Counted from the stretch's first letter, positions 1 through 9,503 are shown. The stretch is DNA of 64,000 nt from an uncultured Acidobacteriota bacterium (GCA_963713825.1 CAVQNG010000005.1:288001-352000), one strand, 5' to 3'. Program-made: numbers and translations. The notes: generated from the letters alone by a model not told the origin.

Positions 1-2775
1 TCCGTCCAGGCCGGTTCTGTTCCGGTAGTACGGAATCGGATAGCCCTGACGGCCGGTCATGTTGGCGGCGACGTTGAAGCCCCACGGGCGATCCGGCGCC
101 ACCTGGTACATGCCATTCAAGTTCCAACCCCATTCGGACTGCAGCCAGGACTCGTTGCGGCCGGAACCAGTCGACTGAATGACATAGGTCGAGCCGTCGA
201 TCACGGCACCAGCAGCCACGCCAGGCAGCACGCGGTTGGGATCGTTGTTGTTGAAGTAGCTCGTCGGCACACTCCAGGTCTCGTCGAAGTTGTACTGGAC
301 GTAACCACGCATCATCCACTGGTTCGCCAGTCGCTTCGTGAAGCCGATGGTGCCACCGAGGTAGTCGATCTCACGGTCACCGTTGGTGAACAGCTGACCA
401 CCCGTGTAGTTCCATTTCGACGGATCCGCCGAAAAGGTGTTATACGAGTAGGTCCCCGCAGGTCCACCAATGCCCGGAATCGTGATGTCGAGTTGGGTCG
501 GGTCCGTGATGTACTCACTGGCCGGAATCGTCTGCGGTGTCGCGTTGTCGTTGCCGACAGGTGTGAACAGCCGCTGGAAGTCCTGTACATCCGTGACCTT
601 ACGCCAGGTGAGAGTACCGCTGACCACGAACTCAGGCAGGAAGGCATGCTCGGCACCAAGGATCAACTCGTTGGTGAGCGGTGCATCCATGCCCGGGTCG
701 TTCTTGTTGGATGACGACAGGGCTGTCGGGTCATTGGGGTTGAAGCCCCAGTATCCCGCCGCTACCTCGTACTGCTCGCCGTCATCGTAGAAGCCCGGGA
801 AACCACCCGGATCGTCGACGAAGACGATGTACGCTAGTTGCGCGGACAAGGGACTCGTGCGGCTGATATTGCCCAGCGACATGACATCCGGGAACTGCGA
901 GAAGCTACCGCGCAGCAGCGTTTTGCGCTCCTCACCGAGGGCGTAAGTAACACCCAGGCGGGGAGTGATGCTCGACCAATTGAGCCCGTCGGCGTCGTTA
1001 CCGGCGAAGTCGATGGCAGGCATTTCATTCGGGAAGCCGATGTTGGCATCCACGACACCAGCCGTGTTCTCACCGGACTGGTCGTCCCAACGGAAGCCGA
1101 CGTTGAATGTCCATGAGCCCATCGTCATCGTGTCCTGGACCCACAACGAATCGTAATTCGTGATGTTAGGTACGGGACCCTGACGGTAGGCGTAGACCGC
1201 AGCGTAGTCGTCCGCACGGTTCACAGGCAGTCCAAGCGAGGCACCCAGAGCGACATCGCCCGCCACGCCGGCATAGGTGCCGTCGTAGTGGAAGATGTTC
1301 CGGCCGGGGTACGACCAGGCACTCTCGGTGGAAGCTTCACGCGTCCGGCCACCGAACTTGAGCTCGTGGTTCAAGTTCGACGTGGTGAAGAAGTAGGAGC
1401 CGTCGATCTTGATCTCCTCGGTCGGACGGCTGTTGCCGCCGGAAGCGTTGTTGGTCGTGAAACCGTTGCCGTCGGTGTACTTCTCACCGCCGGGGAACGG
1501 ATTTGCAGCGTTGCCCGAACCGGCACCACCCTGCGCCGTCAGCGAGAAACCGCCATCGACAAAGGAGTACTGACCGGTCAGGAAGAGGTTCGAGCCGAAG
1601 ACGTGCGTGTCCTCGATCTTGGTGATCCCCGTCGGACCACGCTGGTTCCAGGTCGCCGAGGGGTCGCTGTCCGGCGACGCGCCACGGCCGATCTTCCGTT
1701 TGTCACCGTTGTTGAAGGAGGCGACGAACGAGTTGGCCGCGGTGAACTGGGCGTTCAACTTGATCGCGGTGCCTTCGAGGATCGTGCGGTCGGACTGGCC
1801 ACCACCGGTGATCCGGTTGATGTCGTTCTGACCCCACGAAGCCCACAGCCAGACGCGATCCCGCCACGCCGGACCACCAGCCTCGAAGCCGAATTCCTGG
1901 ATACGATCCACCGTGTCACCTTGATAGTTCGTCTGGCCCGGTCCGAGATCGCTCTGGCTGAAGCCAGGATCAGCGGCTTCGAGCGCGCCGAAGTAACCAC
2001 CAGCGTCGGTCAGCAGGAAGCGGGCCGTGCCGCGGAACTCGTTGGTACCACGCTTGGTCACCATGTTGACCGAGACACCGGCTGCGCCCTTGCTTACATC
2101 GGGACCACCGGTTGCCAGCTGAATCTCGGAGAACTGGTCGAAATCGTAGTAGGTCGGTGAGGAGCCGATGGCGGACATGTCCGTGATCTGGACACCGTCG
2201 ACAAGAAAGTCGTTCTCGTCGCCGTTGTTGGCCTGGCCACGGAAGACGGCCTGCTGGCCGCTCTCGTTACCACCGACGTTGATGCGGTCGGTCATGACAC
2301 CGGGAGCCTGCTGCACGATGGCCCACGGGTCACGCGCGCTCGGAATGCTCTCGAGCTCGACCTGACTGATCGTGGTACCGGCAGTGAGCTTGCGCTCATC
2401 CAACAGCGGGCTCTCGGAAGTCACCGTGATCACCTCACCAATGGCAGCACTGAGCTGCACCTGGATCGTGGTGCTCTTACCGACTCTGACGCTGACGTTC
2501 GGGTACTCAACGGTGGAGAAACCGTCCAGGGTGGCCTTCAGGCTGTAATTGCCTGGGGCCAGACCGAGGAAACGTGTTTCACCCTGTGCGTTGGTAATCC
2601 CGAGTCTGGGCGCTCCGCCACCCACCATTTCAACATTGACGCCTGGCAGAGTTTGTCCTGCGGTGTCGGTGACCTGAACATAAATGTTCCCGGTCTCCTC
2701 CTGCGCTACTGCCATGGTGCTCAGCAGGAGCGCAACACCGAAGACAACGTACTTTCGCCACATGCTTCGGTTCAT
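1..2775 (-). CDS. TonB-dependent receptor, Oar-like, with N-terminal carboxypeptidase-regulatory-like domain (3' end outside window)
   Basis: Not in the ORF track, presumably because it runs off the left edge. Manual translation of the 5' part from ATG 2775 (SD AAGGAGG upstream) gives MNRSMWRKYVVFGVALLLSTMAVAQEETGNIYVQVTDTAGQTLPGVNV...LAPGNYSLKATLDGF...IPSARDPWAIVQQAPGV...FLVDGVQITD...VNMVTKRGTNEFRG: signal peptide, CarboxypepD_reg-like domain and plug motifs. Confidence 0.9.
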   Translation of the reverse strand, partial: MNRSMWRKYVVFGVALLLSTMAVAQEETGNIYVQVTDTAGQTLPGVNVEMVGGGAPRLGITNAQGETRFLGLAPGNYSLKATLDGFSTVEYPNVSVRVGKSTTIQVQLSAAIGEVITVTSESPLLDERKLTAGTTISQVELESIPSARDPWAIVQQAPGVMTDRINVGGNESGQQAVFRGQANNGDENDFLVDGVQITDMSAIGSSPTYYDFDQFSEIQLATGGPDVSKGAAGVSVNMVTKRGTNEFRGTARFLLTDAGGYFGALEAADPGFSQSDLGPGQTNYQGDTVDRIQEFGFEAGGPAWRDRVWLWASWGQNDINRITGGGQSDRTILEGTAIKLNAQFTAANSFVASFNNGDKRKIGRGASPDSDPSATWNQRGPTGITKIEDTHVFGSNLFLTGQYSFVDGGFSLTAQGGAGSGNAANPFPGGEKYTDGNGFTTNNASGGNSRPTEEIKIDGSYFFTTSNLNHELKFGGRTREASTESAWSYPGRNIFHYDGTYAGVAGDVALGASLGLPVNRADDYAAVYAYRQGPVPNITNYDSLWVQDTMTMGSWTFNVGFRWDDQSGENTAGVVDANIGFPNEMPAIDFAGNDADGLNWSSITPRLGVTYALGEERKTLLRGSFSQFPDVMSLGNISRTSPLSAQLAYIVFVDDPGGFPGFYDDGEQYEVAAGYWGFNPNDPTALSSSNKNDPGMDAPLTNELILGAEHAFLPEFVVSGTLTWRKVTDVQDFQRLFTPVGNDNATPQTIPASEYITDPTQLDITIPGIGGPAGTYSYNTFSADPSKWNYTGGQLFTNGDREIDYLGGTIGFTKRLANQWMMRGYVQYNFDETWSVPTSYFNNNDPNRVLPGVAAGAVIDGSTYVIQSTGSGRNESWLQSEWGWNLNGMYQVAPDRPWGFNVAANMTGRQGYPIPYYRNRTGLDG

Positions 2776-2946
2776 ACGAAAAACCTCCTTGGTCATTCGT
2801 GTTTGGAGCTTTCGCACGCTGCCAAAGCTCCGCTTACGTTGTTATAAAAGAACGAGGACATGACATCCTCGAATGCACACGCTGGATAAAGCCTCACCGA
2901 ATTGTCCGAACTCGAAAACTCTATAGAAACCATCACTACCAAGTCA

Positions 2947-2963
2947 AGCAAAGTCGCTGCCAA
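2947..2963 (-). promoter_or_regulatory. sigma54 (-24/-12) promoter for the TonB-dependent receptor
   Basis: Minus strand reads TTGGCAGCGACTTTGCT, with exact GG-N10-GC spacing and TGGCA...TTGC. Confidence 0.7.
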
Positions 2964-2990
2964 CTTTTTTGGCGACTTGTTTGAGACTAC

Positions 2991-3003
2991 TAAATGTTTG
3001 ATA
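2991..3003 (-). promoter_or_regulatory. IHF-binding site
   Basis: Minus strand TATCAAACATTTA matches WATCAANNNNTTR exactly and lies about 30-40 bp upstream of the -24 box, the usual position at sigma54 promoters. Confidence 0.6.
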
Positions 3004-3257
3004 AGTATAGGCTTAGGGCTTTCCACAAGGGGTGTGGACTGAGGTGGGGAAGGGGTCGATTCGGTCCTTTGAACTCGTCCAATCCAATTTTCTGGATTCT
3101 GGCCCCGTAAGGCCCTGGGAAGCCTTGGGTGCAGGGCTGGATCTGCTGGCAATCGGGACGGAGTATGATGATGCGACCGACCGGCGCTGCGGCCCAGCAA
3201 ACCTTTCCGCAGGGCTCGACGTATGGGAAGGATGGGAGATCAGTGAAACACGGCACC

Positions 3258-4388
3258 ATGAAGGCAAGATCAGGTTTTCAGATTCTCTCGCTGGCCGTGC
3301 TGTGCACGGCGGTTGCGGGCTGCTCGGGATACGAGCCGATCGATCCTCAGGAGCTCTTGTACGACGATTTGGCGGCGAGAGTTGGAGCCGAGAGAGCCCG
3401 GAGCATTGCAGTGCCCTTCCAGATCAATGATGAGATCCGCCAGGCAATGCGTGGGCGCGCCATGCCGATCGGCCGCGAGAAGACGCGCACCAGTGCGATT
3501 CTGGACTTTGTCTTCGAATCGCTCGATTTGCAGTACTCGCTGTCGCCGACGCGCGACGCGATCGGTACCTATCGGGCCAGGAGTGGGAACTGTCTGTCGT
3601 TCGTCAATCTGTTCGTTGGCATGGCCCGTGAAGTCCACCTGAACCCCTTCTATGTCGAGGTCACCGACTTCCAGCGCTGGAACTACCGGGATGGGGTCGT
3701 CGTCAGCCAGGGTCACATCGTCGCTGGCATGTCTGTCGATGGCAGCCTTTCGACTTTCGACTTTCTACCCTACGAAGCAAAAGCCTACCGGGACTTCAAG
3801 CCGATCGACGACATGACGGCGATCGCGCACTACTACAACAACATCGGCGCCGAGGCTCTGCTCGATGACAATCTGGAGCAAGCGGAGCAGGCCCTGACGC
3901 TGGCGGTCGACCTGGATCCGGACTTCAACAAGGCGCTCAACAACCTGGGAGTCTTCTTCTTACGGTCGGGTCAAGCTGACGAGGCCGTGCAAATGTTTCG
4001 CGGTGCGTTGGAGAGAGATCCGGCGGATGTGGCTCTGATGACGAACCTGGCGCGAGCTTTGCAGACGAAAGGTGATGTACAGGAGGCCAAAAAACTGTTG
4101 GCGCAGCTCGACGAGGTCAGCCAGACGAGCCCGTTCTTCTTCATCTACCGAGGGGAGATGGCTCTGGGCGATGGAGATACAGCGCAGGCTCTCGAATTCA
4201 TGCGAGAAGCCCTGCGGCGGGACAGTGAGGTGCCGGAAGTGCATGTCGGCCTGGTGAAGGTGTACCTGGCGCTCGGTGACATGGACAAAGCCCGCCACCA
4301 TCTCGAGCGGGCTCTGCGCCTCGATGCCACCAATCAGGAGGCGCGTCGGTTCGCAGTCATGTTGCAGGCGAAAGAAGTCGAGAACTAG
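3258..4388 (+). CDS. Lipoprotein with transglutaminase-like (Cys-His-Asp) domain and C-terminal TPR repeats
   Basis: Lipobox VAGC; motifs SGNCLSF, GHIVAG and TFDF; TPR-type helices such as ALNNLGVFF, LMTNLARAL and VHVGLVKVY. Start could also be GTG 3243. Confidence 0.75.
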   Translation: MKARSGFQILSLAVLCTAVAGCSGYEPIDPQELLYDDLAARVGAERARSIAVPFQINDEIRQAMRGRAMPIGREKTRTSAILDFVFESLDLQYSLSPTRDAIGTYRARSGNCLSFVNLFVGMAREVHLNPFYVEVTDFQRWNYRDGVVVSQGHIVAGMSVDGSLSTFDFLPYEAKAYRDFKPIDDMTAIAHYYNNIGAEALLDDNLEQAEQALTLAVDLDPDFNKALNNLGVFFLRSGQADEAVQMFRGALERDPADVALMTNLARALQTKGDVQEAKKLLAQLDEVSQTSPFFFIYRGEMALGDGDTAQALEFMREALRRDSEVPEVHVGLVKVYLALGDMDKARHHLERALRLDATNQEARRFAVMLQAKEVEN

Positions 4389-4480
4389 GTTGCGGGCGAA
4401 GAACCTCAGTCTCGTCCTGTTGCAGAGGAGTCGAACAGGGAGCTAGGATGAAGGTAGCCGTTTCTCCGAGGAGGTCGAGC

Positions 4481-6679
4481 ATGTCGCAGCTATCCTTGCC
4501 TCCAGGCCATCGAGCCGCTGCTCTGATCGTGGCTGCCCTGGGTCTGGTTACCGTCCCGCCCCCAATCCAAAGCCAAACCGTTGAAGAGGTCTTCAGGGAC
4601 ACCGTCGAGGTCGTCGAGATTCAGGTGCCGGTCAACGTGGTCGGCAAGGATGGTGAGCCGGTTCGAGGCCTCACCGCCGAGAGCTTCGAGGTCTTCGACG
4701 GCAAGAAACAGCAACAGATCACTGGCTTCAGGGTGGTCGATCTGGATGTGATCGAGAGCAGCATGACCCGGCGGGAGATGGAGCTGGCGGTTCCCGCCGC
4801 GGCCCGGCGCCACTTTCTGCTGCTCTTCGATCTCTCGTTTTCCACGCCCACCTCCATTCTCAGGGCCCGCGAGGCGGCGCGGCAGTTCGTCCTGGATTCT
4901 CTGCATCCGACCGATCTGGCGGCGGTCATGGTCTTCGAAGCGGAGTGGGGTCCACGATTGATCATCACCTTCACACCCGACCGGGTGCAGCTGGCCCGCG
5001 CGATCGACACGCTGGGTGGCGCGCGATGGATGATGGCAGGCCGCAACAACATCGATCCGCTGCGTTTCATGGTGCCGGATCTCTTGCCGGGTAGGGGGCC
5101 GGGTGGTATCGGCGACCCGTTGCCGATGAGCCCCTCCGATCCGAACTCTCGGGACGACGCGCTGGCCGCGGCGACATTTCGCGCCGTCGGGAAAATGATG
5201 AGCGACACCGAAAAAAGTTACGAGGCCGGCCGTGTCGCCTCCTGGGCGTCATCGATGGAGACCCTGGCCAAGCTGCTGGAGAGTGTCCAAGGCCGCAAGC
5301 ATGTCATTCACTTCTCTGAAGGCTTCGATGGTCGGCACTTCCTGGGGCGCAATCCCGATCCCAACGATCCGTCCTTCCAGGAGGACCGCAGCAACATCGA
5401 ATGGGGACAATACTGGATGGTGGACTCCAACGATCTCTACGGCGATACAGGGTTGCAGAACGCCATGGTCGAGATGGTCGAGGAGTTTCGGCGCGCCGAC
5501 GCCGTGATCCAGGCGGTCGACATCTCGGGGCTGGGCAGCGAATCGGAGGCAGCCGCGCGCGCCAAGGGCACCACGAAGAGCGCCATGTTCTACGTTGCCA
5601 ACGAGACCGGCGGTGAGTTGTTCGACAATGCGAACAACTTCGGGCCGGAGCTCGAAGAGGTGCTGCGGCACACAGCGGTGACGTACGTGCTGACCTTCCA
5701 GCCAGAGGAAATGGACTTCGATGGCACGTTTCACAAACTGCGGGTCAAGGCCGATCTGCCGGAGGGTGGGCGGGTCTTTTACCGCCGCGGCTACTACTCC
5801 CCTCGTCCCTTTAGCGACCTCGATCCGATGGAGAAGCAGCTGCTCGCTTCCGATGCCATCGCGGCCGCCGAGCCCCGAAGGGATGTTGGTGTACAGATCC
5901 TCGCCGCCCCCTTCAAGGCTTCGGCCGAGGCGGCCTATGTGCCGATCATCATCGAAGTCGATGGTGGCAGCCTGATCCGTGGCCAGGACGGAGATGATGT
6001 CGCGGCCGAGATCTACACCTATGTCAGCGACAGCCAGGGGCAGATGCTCGACTTTTTCACGCAGCTTGTGAGTCTCGATGTGTCGCGCGGCAAGGAGTCC
6101 TTTGTCCGCGGCGGAGTGAAGTACTACGGGCAGCTGTTTCTCCCGCCGGGTGACTACATGGTTCGGGTGCTGGTTCGCAATAGCTTGACTGGCCGCACCG
6201 GCGTAGAAACCGTGAGCGTCCCCGTGCCGAGCTACGAAGACCAACCGGCCGTGCTCCTGCCACCGCTATTCCTGGAATCGCAGGAGCGGTGGGTTCTGGT
6301 TCGGGAGAACCGGGAAGGACCTGACCAGGGCACGGTGGTGTATCCGTTCACGGTCCGCGGTGAGCCCTTCATTCCGGCGGCCAAACCGTCGGTGCGCCAG
6401 CGTGGGCAGATCGATGTGTGCCTGGTGGGGTACAACCTGGGCGATAGCTCTCTGGAGTTCGACACGATGGTCTTCGATTCCGACCATCAGCGGATCGAAG
6501 GCGGCGCCTTCGATCTGGTGGAGAGGACCATTACGGGCATTGCCGGCCAGGACAAGTTGCTGGGCCGATTCCGACCCGAAGGCCTGGACGCAGGTGAGTA
6601 CACCGTGCAGTTCTTCCTCAACAACCCTGAGCTCGGCGCTGTCGAATCGTCCTCCGTACCGATCACCGTTTTGAATTGA
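4481..6679 (+). CDS. VWA domain-containing exported protein (Acidobacterial VWFA-related type)
   Basis: SD GAGGAGG before ATG 4481; VPVNVVGKDGEPVRGLTAESFEVFD, LLLFDLS, GRKHVIHFSEGF, ANETGG, YVLTFQP and RRGYY motifs. Confidence 0.85.
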   Translation: MSQLSLPPGHRAAALIVAALGLVTVPPPIQSQTVEEVFRDTVEVVEIQVPVNVVGKDGEPVRGLTAESFEVFDGKKQQQITGFRVVDLDVIESSMTRREMELAVPAAARRHFLLLFDLSFSTPTSILRAREAARQFVLDSLHPTDLAAVMVFEAEWGPRLIITFTPDRVQLARAIDTLGGARWMMAGRNNIDPLRFMVPDLLPGRGPGGIGDPLPMSPSDPNSRDDALAAATFRAVGKMMSDTEKSYEAGRVASWASSMETLAKLLESVQGRKHVIHFSEGFDGRHFLGRNPDPNDPSFQEDRSNIEWGQYWMVDSNDLYGDTGLQNAMVEMVEEFRRADAVIQAVDISGLGSESEAAARAKGTTKSAMFYVANETGGELFDNANNFGPELEEVLRHTAVTYVLTFQPEEMDFDGTFHKLRVKADLPEGGRVFYRRGYYSPRPFSDLDPMEKQLLASDAIAAAEPRRDVGVQILAAPFKASAEAAYVPIIIEVDGGSLIRGQDGDDVAAEIYTYVSDSQGQMLDFFTQLVSLDVSRGKESFVRGGVKYYGQLFLPPGDYMVRVLVRNSLTGRTGVETVSVPVPSYEDQPAVLLPPLFLESQERWVLVRENREGPDQGTVVYPFTVRGEPFIPAAKPSVRQRGQIDVCLVGYNLGDSSLEFDTMVFDSDHQRIEGGAFDLVERTITGIAGQDKLLGRFRPEGLDAGEYTVQFFLNNPELGAVESSSVPITVLN

Positions 6680-6739
6680 TAGGCCGTGATTGATGGGCGA
6701 CGGCTCTCGATTCGGTCCATTTCGGTTCGTTTTCAGGAG

Positions 6740-6769
6740 TTGACACTCGTGGGAGGCCTTTGCTAGCGT
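6740..6769 (+). promoter_or_regulatory. sigma70 promoter for tRNA-Val/thrS
   Basis: TTGACA-N18-TAGCGT with extended -10 TG. Confidence 0.6.
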
Positions 6770-6819
6770 CGCAGGTCCTCAGCGGGGCAGCTGCGCTGAG
6801 GATTTGCTATTGGAACGAT

Positions 6820-6897
6820 AGGCCCGTAGCTCAGCTTGGTTAGAGCGCTACGTTGACATCGTAGAGGTCAGCGGTTCAAGTCCGCTCGGGCCTACCA
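6820..6897 (+). tRNA. tRNA-Val(GAC)
   Basis: Acceptor AGGCCCG/CGGGCCT, anticodon arm CTACG-TTGACAT-CGTAG, T-loop TTCAAGT, encoded CCA. Confidence 0.97.
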
Positions 6898-6930
6898 GGC
6901 TTCTTACCAGTCGCCGGACTGGATTCGACC

Positions 6931-7007
6931 AGGCGCTTAGCTCAGCTGGTTAGAGCGCTACCTTCACACGGTAGAGGTCAGCGGTTCAAGTCCGCTAGCG
7001 CCTACCA
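6931..7007 (+). tRNA. tRNA-Val(CAC)
   Basis: Acceptor AGGCGCT/AGCGCCT, anticodon arm CTACC-TTCACAC-GGTAG, T-loop TTCAAGT, encoded CCA. Confidence 0.97.
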
Positions 7008-7104
7008 TTTCTTTCGAGAAGCGAGATGACAACTGACCCTCCCAGGCTCGAACCTCGAGTCGCGACGGTCGGCATCTAGCCGCAGCGAGAAATCGAGAAC
7101 CATC

Positions 7105-9060
7105 ATGTCCGACAACAGGTCCCAGATCGCCCTGACTCTTCCCGATGGCTCCGTGCGCGAGGTGCCGGCGGGCACGACCGCCCTCGAGGTGGCGGCTGGC
7201 ATCGGCCCTGGTCTGGCCAAGGCCGCGATCGGCGCCGAGCTCGACGGCGAGTTGGTGGACCTACGCTTGCCGCTTGGTCGAAGTGGTGACTTTCGATTGC
7301 TCACCGCCAAGAACGAAGAGGCCGGTGACTTCATTCGCCACAGCGCCGAGCACGTCATGGCCGACGCGGTCCAGCGTCTGTGGCCTGGAACCGAGATCGA
7401 TGCGGGCCGCAAGGATCACTCGGAGAAGTTCCAGTACGATTTTCGCTTCCCCCGGGCCTTCACTCCCGAAGACCTCGAGAAGATCGAGGAGACGATGCGG
7501 GAGATCCTCCGGGAGGACAGCACTTTCGAGCGCCTCGAGGTCGATCGGGAGGCGGCCGCAGAGCTCTTCGACGGCCTGGGCGAGAGCCTCAAGGTCGAGC
7601 GCTTGAAGGACATTCCCGAGGGCGACGCCATCACGATCTACAAGGACGGTGAGTTCACCGACCTGTGCCGCGGACCTCACGTCCAGCGGCTGTCGCAGAT
7701 CGGTGCGGTCAAGCTCCTGGAGGCTTCAGGCGTGTATTGGAAGGGCGACGAGTCCAACGAGATGCTGCAACGCATCTACGGCACCGCCTTCGCCACCAAG
7801 GAGGAGCTGGCGCAGTATCTGGAGCGTCTCGAGCAGGCGAAACTGCGTGACCACCGTCGGCTCGGACCGGAGTTGGATCTGTTCAGCTTCAACGAGCATG
7901 CGCCGGCCAGCCCCTTCTTCCACCCCAAGGGAGCGCAGCTCTACAACAGTCTGGTGGACTACATTCGCGAGCTGCTGGTCGAACATGGCTATCAGGAGGT
8001 CATCACGCCCCAGATCATGGATCTGGAGCTCTGGCATACCTCGGGTCACTACGACAACTATCGCGACGCCATGTACTTCACCGAGGTGGATGAGCGTCAG
8101 TACGCGGTCAAGCCGATGAACTGCCCGGGTCATTGCCTGGTCTACGACACCCGCAAGCGCTCCTATCGGGACCTGCCGGTGCGCTACGCCGACTTTGGAA
8201 GGTTGCATCGTTACGAGCGCAGCGGCGTTACCTCAGGCCTGACCCGGGTACGGACGTTCGCCCAGGACGATGGCCACGTGTTCTGCACCGAAGACCAGAT
8301 CGGCGCCGAAGTCATCGATGTCGTGCAGACGATTCTGGAGCTCTACCAGACCTTCGGGTTCGAGGACGTCGCAATCGAGCTCTCCACCCGGCCGACGAAG
8401 TCGATGGGGACTGCCGAGATGTGGGCGAGAGCCGAAACCGCTCTGGATGGAGCGCTGCGCGAGAACGACATCGATTTCACGGTGAACCCCGGCGAGGGCG
8501 CGTTCTACGGACCCAAGATCGACTTCCACGTCAACGACGCCCTGGGCCGCGAGTGGCAGCTGGGTACCGTGCAGCTGGACTACCAGATGCCCGAACGGTT
8601 CGACCTGTCGTACGTCGGGAGTGACAGCGCCGAGCACCGTCCGGTGATGATCCACCGGGCCATGTTGGGCTCGGTCGAGCGCTTCCTCGGCATCTTGATC
8701 GAGCATGTCGCCGGTAGCTTTCCTGTCTGGCTGGCCCCCGTGCAGGCGGTGGTGCTGCCGGTGTCAGAGAAGTTCGCGGATTATGGTGAGGAGGTTCGGC
8801 GACAGCTGGCTGCCAGTGGGGTCCGCGTCGAGCTCGACAGTCGCAACGAAAAGCTGGGATACAGGATCCGTGAGGCGCAGATGCAGAAGGTCCCCTTCAT
8901 GCTGGTGGTGGGTGCACGCGAGGAGGAAGCCAGCCAGGTCGCGGTGCGACTGAGAACCGGAGACGACCTGGGCGCAGCTAGCGTCGAAGCGGTGGCGGAG
9001 CGGATCGCAGAGCTCACCAAGAGCCGGGCCAAGGAGTTGCCGAGCGCGGCACTTGCTTGA
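7105..9060 (+). CDS. thrS: Threonine--tRNA ligase
   Basis: TGS domain, editing motifs HSAEH and DLCRGPHV, KPMNCPGH, GAFYGPKID, HRAMLGSVERF. Confidence 0.98.
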   Translation: MSDNRSQIALTLPDGSVREVPAGTTALEVAAGIGPGLAKAAIGAELDGELVDLRLPLGRSGDFRLLTAKNEEAGDFIRHSAEHVMADAVQRLWPGTEIDAGRKDHSEKFQYDFRFPRAFTPEDLEKIEETMREILREDSTFERLEVDREAAAELFDGLGESLKVERLKDIPEGDAITIYKDGEFTDLCRGPHVQRLSQIGAVKLLEASGVYWKGDESNEMLQRIYGTAFATKEELAQYLERLEQAKLRDHRRLGPELDLFSFNEHAPASPFFHPKGAQLYNSLVDYIRELLVEHGYQEVITPQIMDLELWHTSGHYDNYRDAMYFTEVDERQYAVKPMNCPGHCLVYDTRKRSYRDLPVRYADFGRLHRYERSGVTSGLTRVRTFAQDDGHVFCTEDQIGAEVIDVVQTILELYQTFGFEDVAIELSTRPTKSMGTAEMWARAETALDGALRENDIDFTVNPGEGAFYGPKIDFHVNDALGREWQLGTVQLDYQMPERFDLSYVGSDSAEHRPVMIHRAMLGSVERFLGILIEHVAGSFPVWLAPVQAVVLPVSEKFADYGEEVRRQLAASGVRVELDSRNEKLGYRIREAQMQKVPFMLVVGAREEEASQVAVRLRTGDDLGAASVEAVAERIAELTKSRAKELPSAALA

Positions 9061-9074
9061 GCGAGGCCTGACGG

Positions 9075-9083
9075 TGCTACAAT
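9075..9083 (+). promoter_or_regulatory. Extended -10 promoter upstream of rpmI
   Basis: TG-C-TACAAT in the thrS-rpmI gap. Confidence 0.5.
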
Positions 9084-9166
9084 AGCCAGCTGTTTTGCGG
9101 AGCGGATGCTCGAACGTCGGTCGGCGGCACGGAATCGACCAGAGAAGAGACGCAGGAGAGAAGACC

Positions 9167-9361
9167 TTGCCTAAGCAGAAGACCCATCGTGGCGCCAAGA
9201 AGCGCTTCAAGATCACCAGCGGTGGCAAAGTGTTGCGCCACCACTCGATGCGTAGTCACATCCTGACGAAAAAGACCACCAAGAGAAAGCGCAAGCTGCG
9301 AAAATCGACCGAGGTCCAGGGTAAGTTCGCAGCCAGCGTCAAGCAGATGATTCAAGGCTAG
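9167..9361 (+). CDS. rpmI: 50S ribosomal protein L35
   Basis: TTG start; [22 protein letters not shown]...HILTKK. Confidence 0.95.
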   Translation: MPKQKTHRGAKKRFKITSGGKVLRHHSMRSHILTKKTTKRKRKLRKSTEVQGKFAASVKQMIQG

Positions 9362-9503
9362 TCGGGCTGCTCGGCCTCCGGCCGAATGCCCGCGAAATAC
9401 TAACGGCTACCGCTGGATCGAACCTGTCCACCGGGGCCACGCATCGAGCTGGTGCTCGATGCCCGACACGCTCCCCTGGGGGAGCCGAAACGAGGTTCTC
9501 GAG

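Noticed and set aside
312-2847. Several short ORFs listed over the left end, including 1288-2160 (+)
   Set aside because: Mostly antisense or off-frame shadows of the TonB-dependent receptor, as is typical of GC-rich DNA.
6820-7007. tRNA pair as an integration site or att duplication
   Set aside because: Both are complete tRNAs with different anticodons; no integrase or partial tRNA repeat was seen.
7008-7104. T-box leader before thrS
   Set aside because: Too short, with no GGTGGNACCGCG T-box sequence or terminator.
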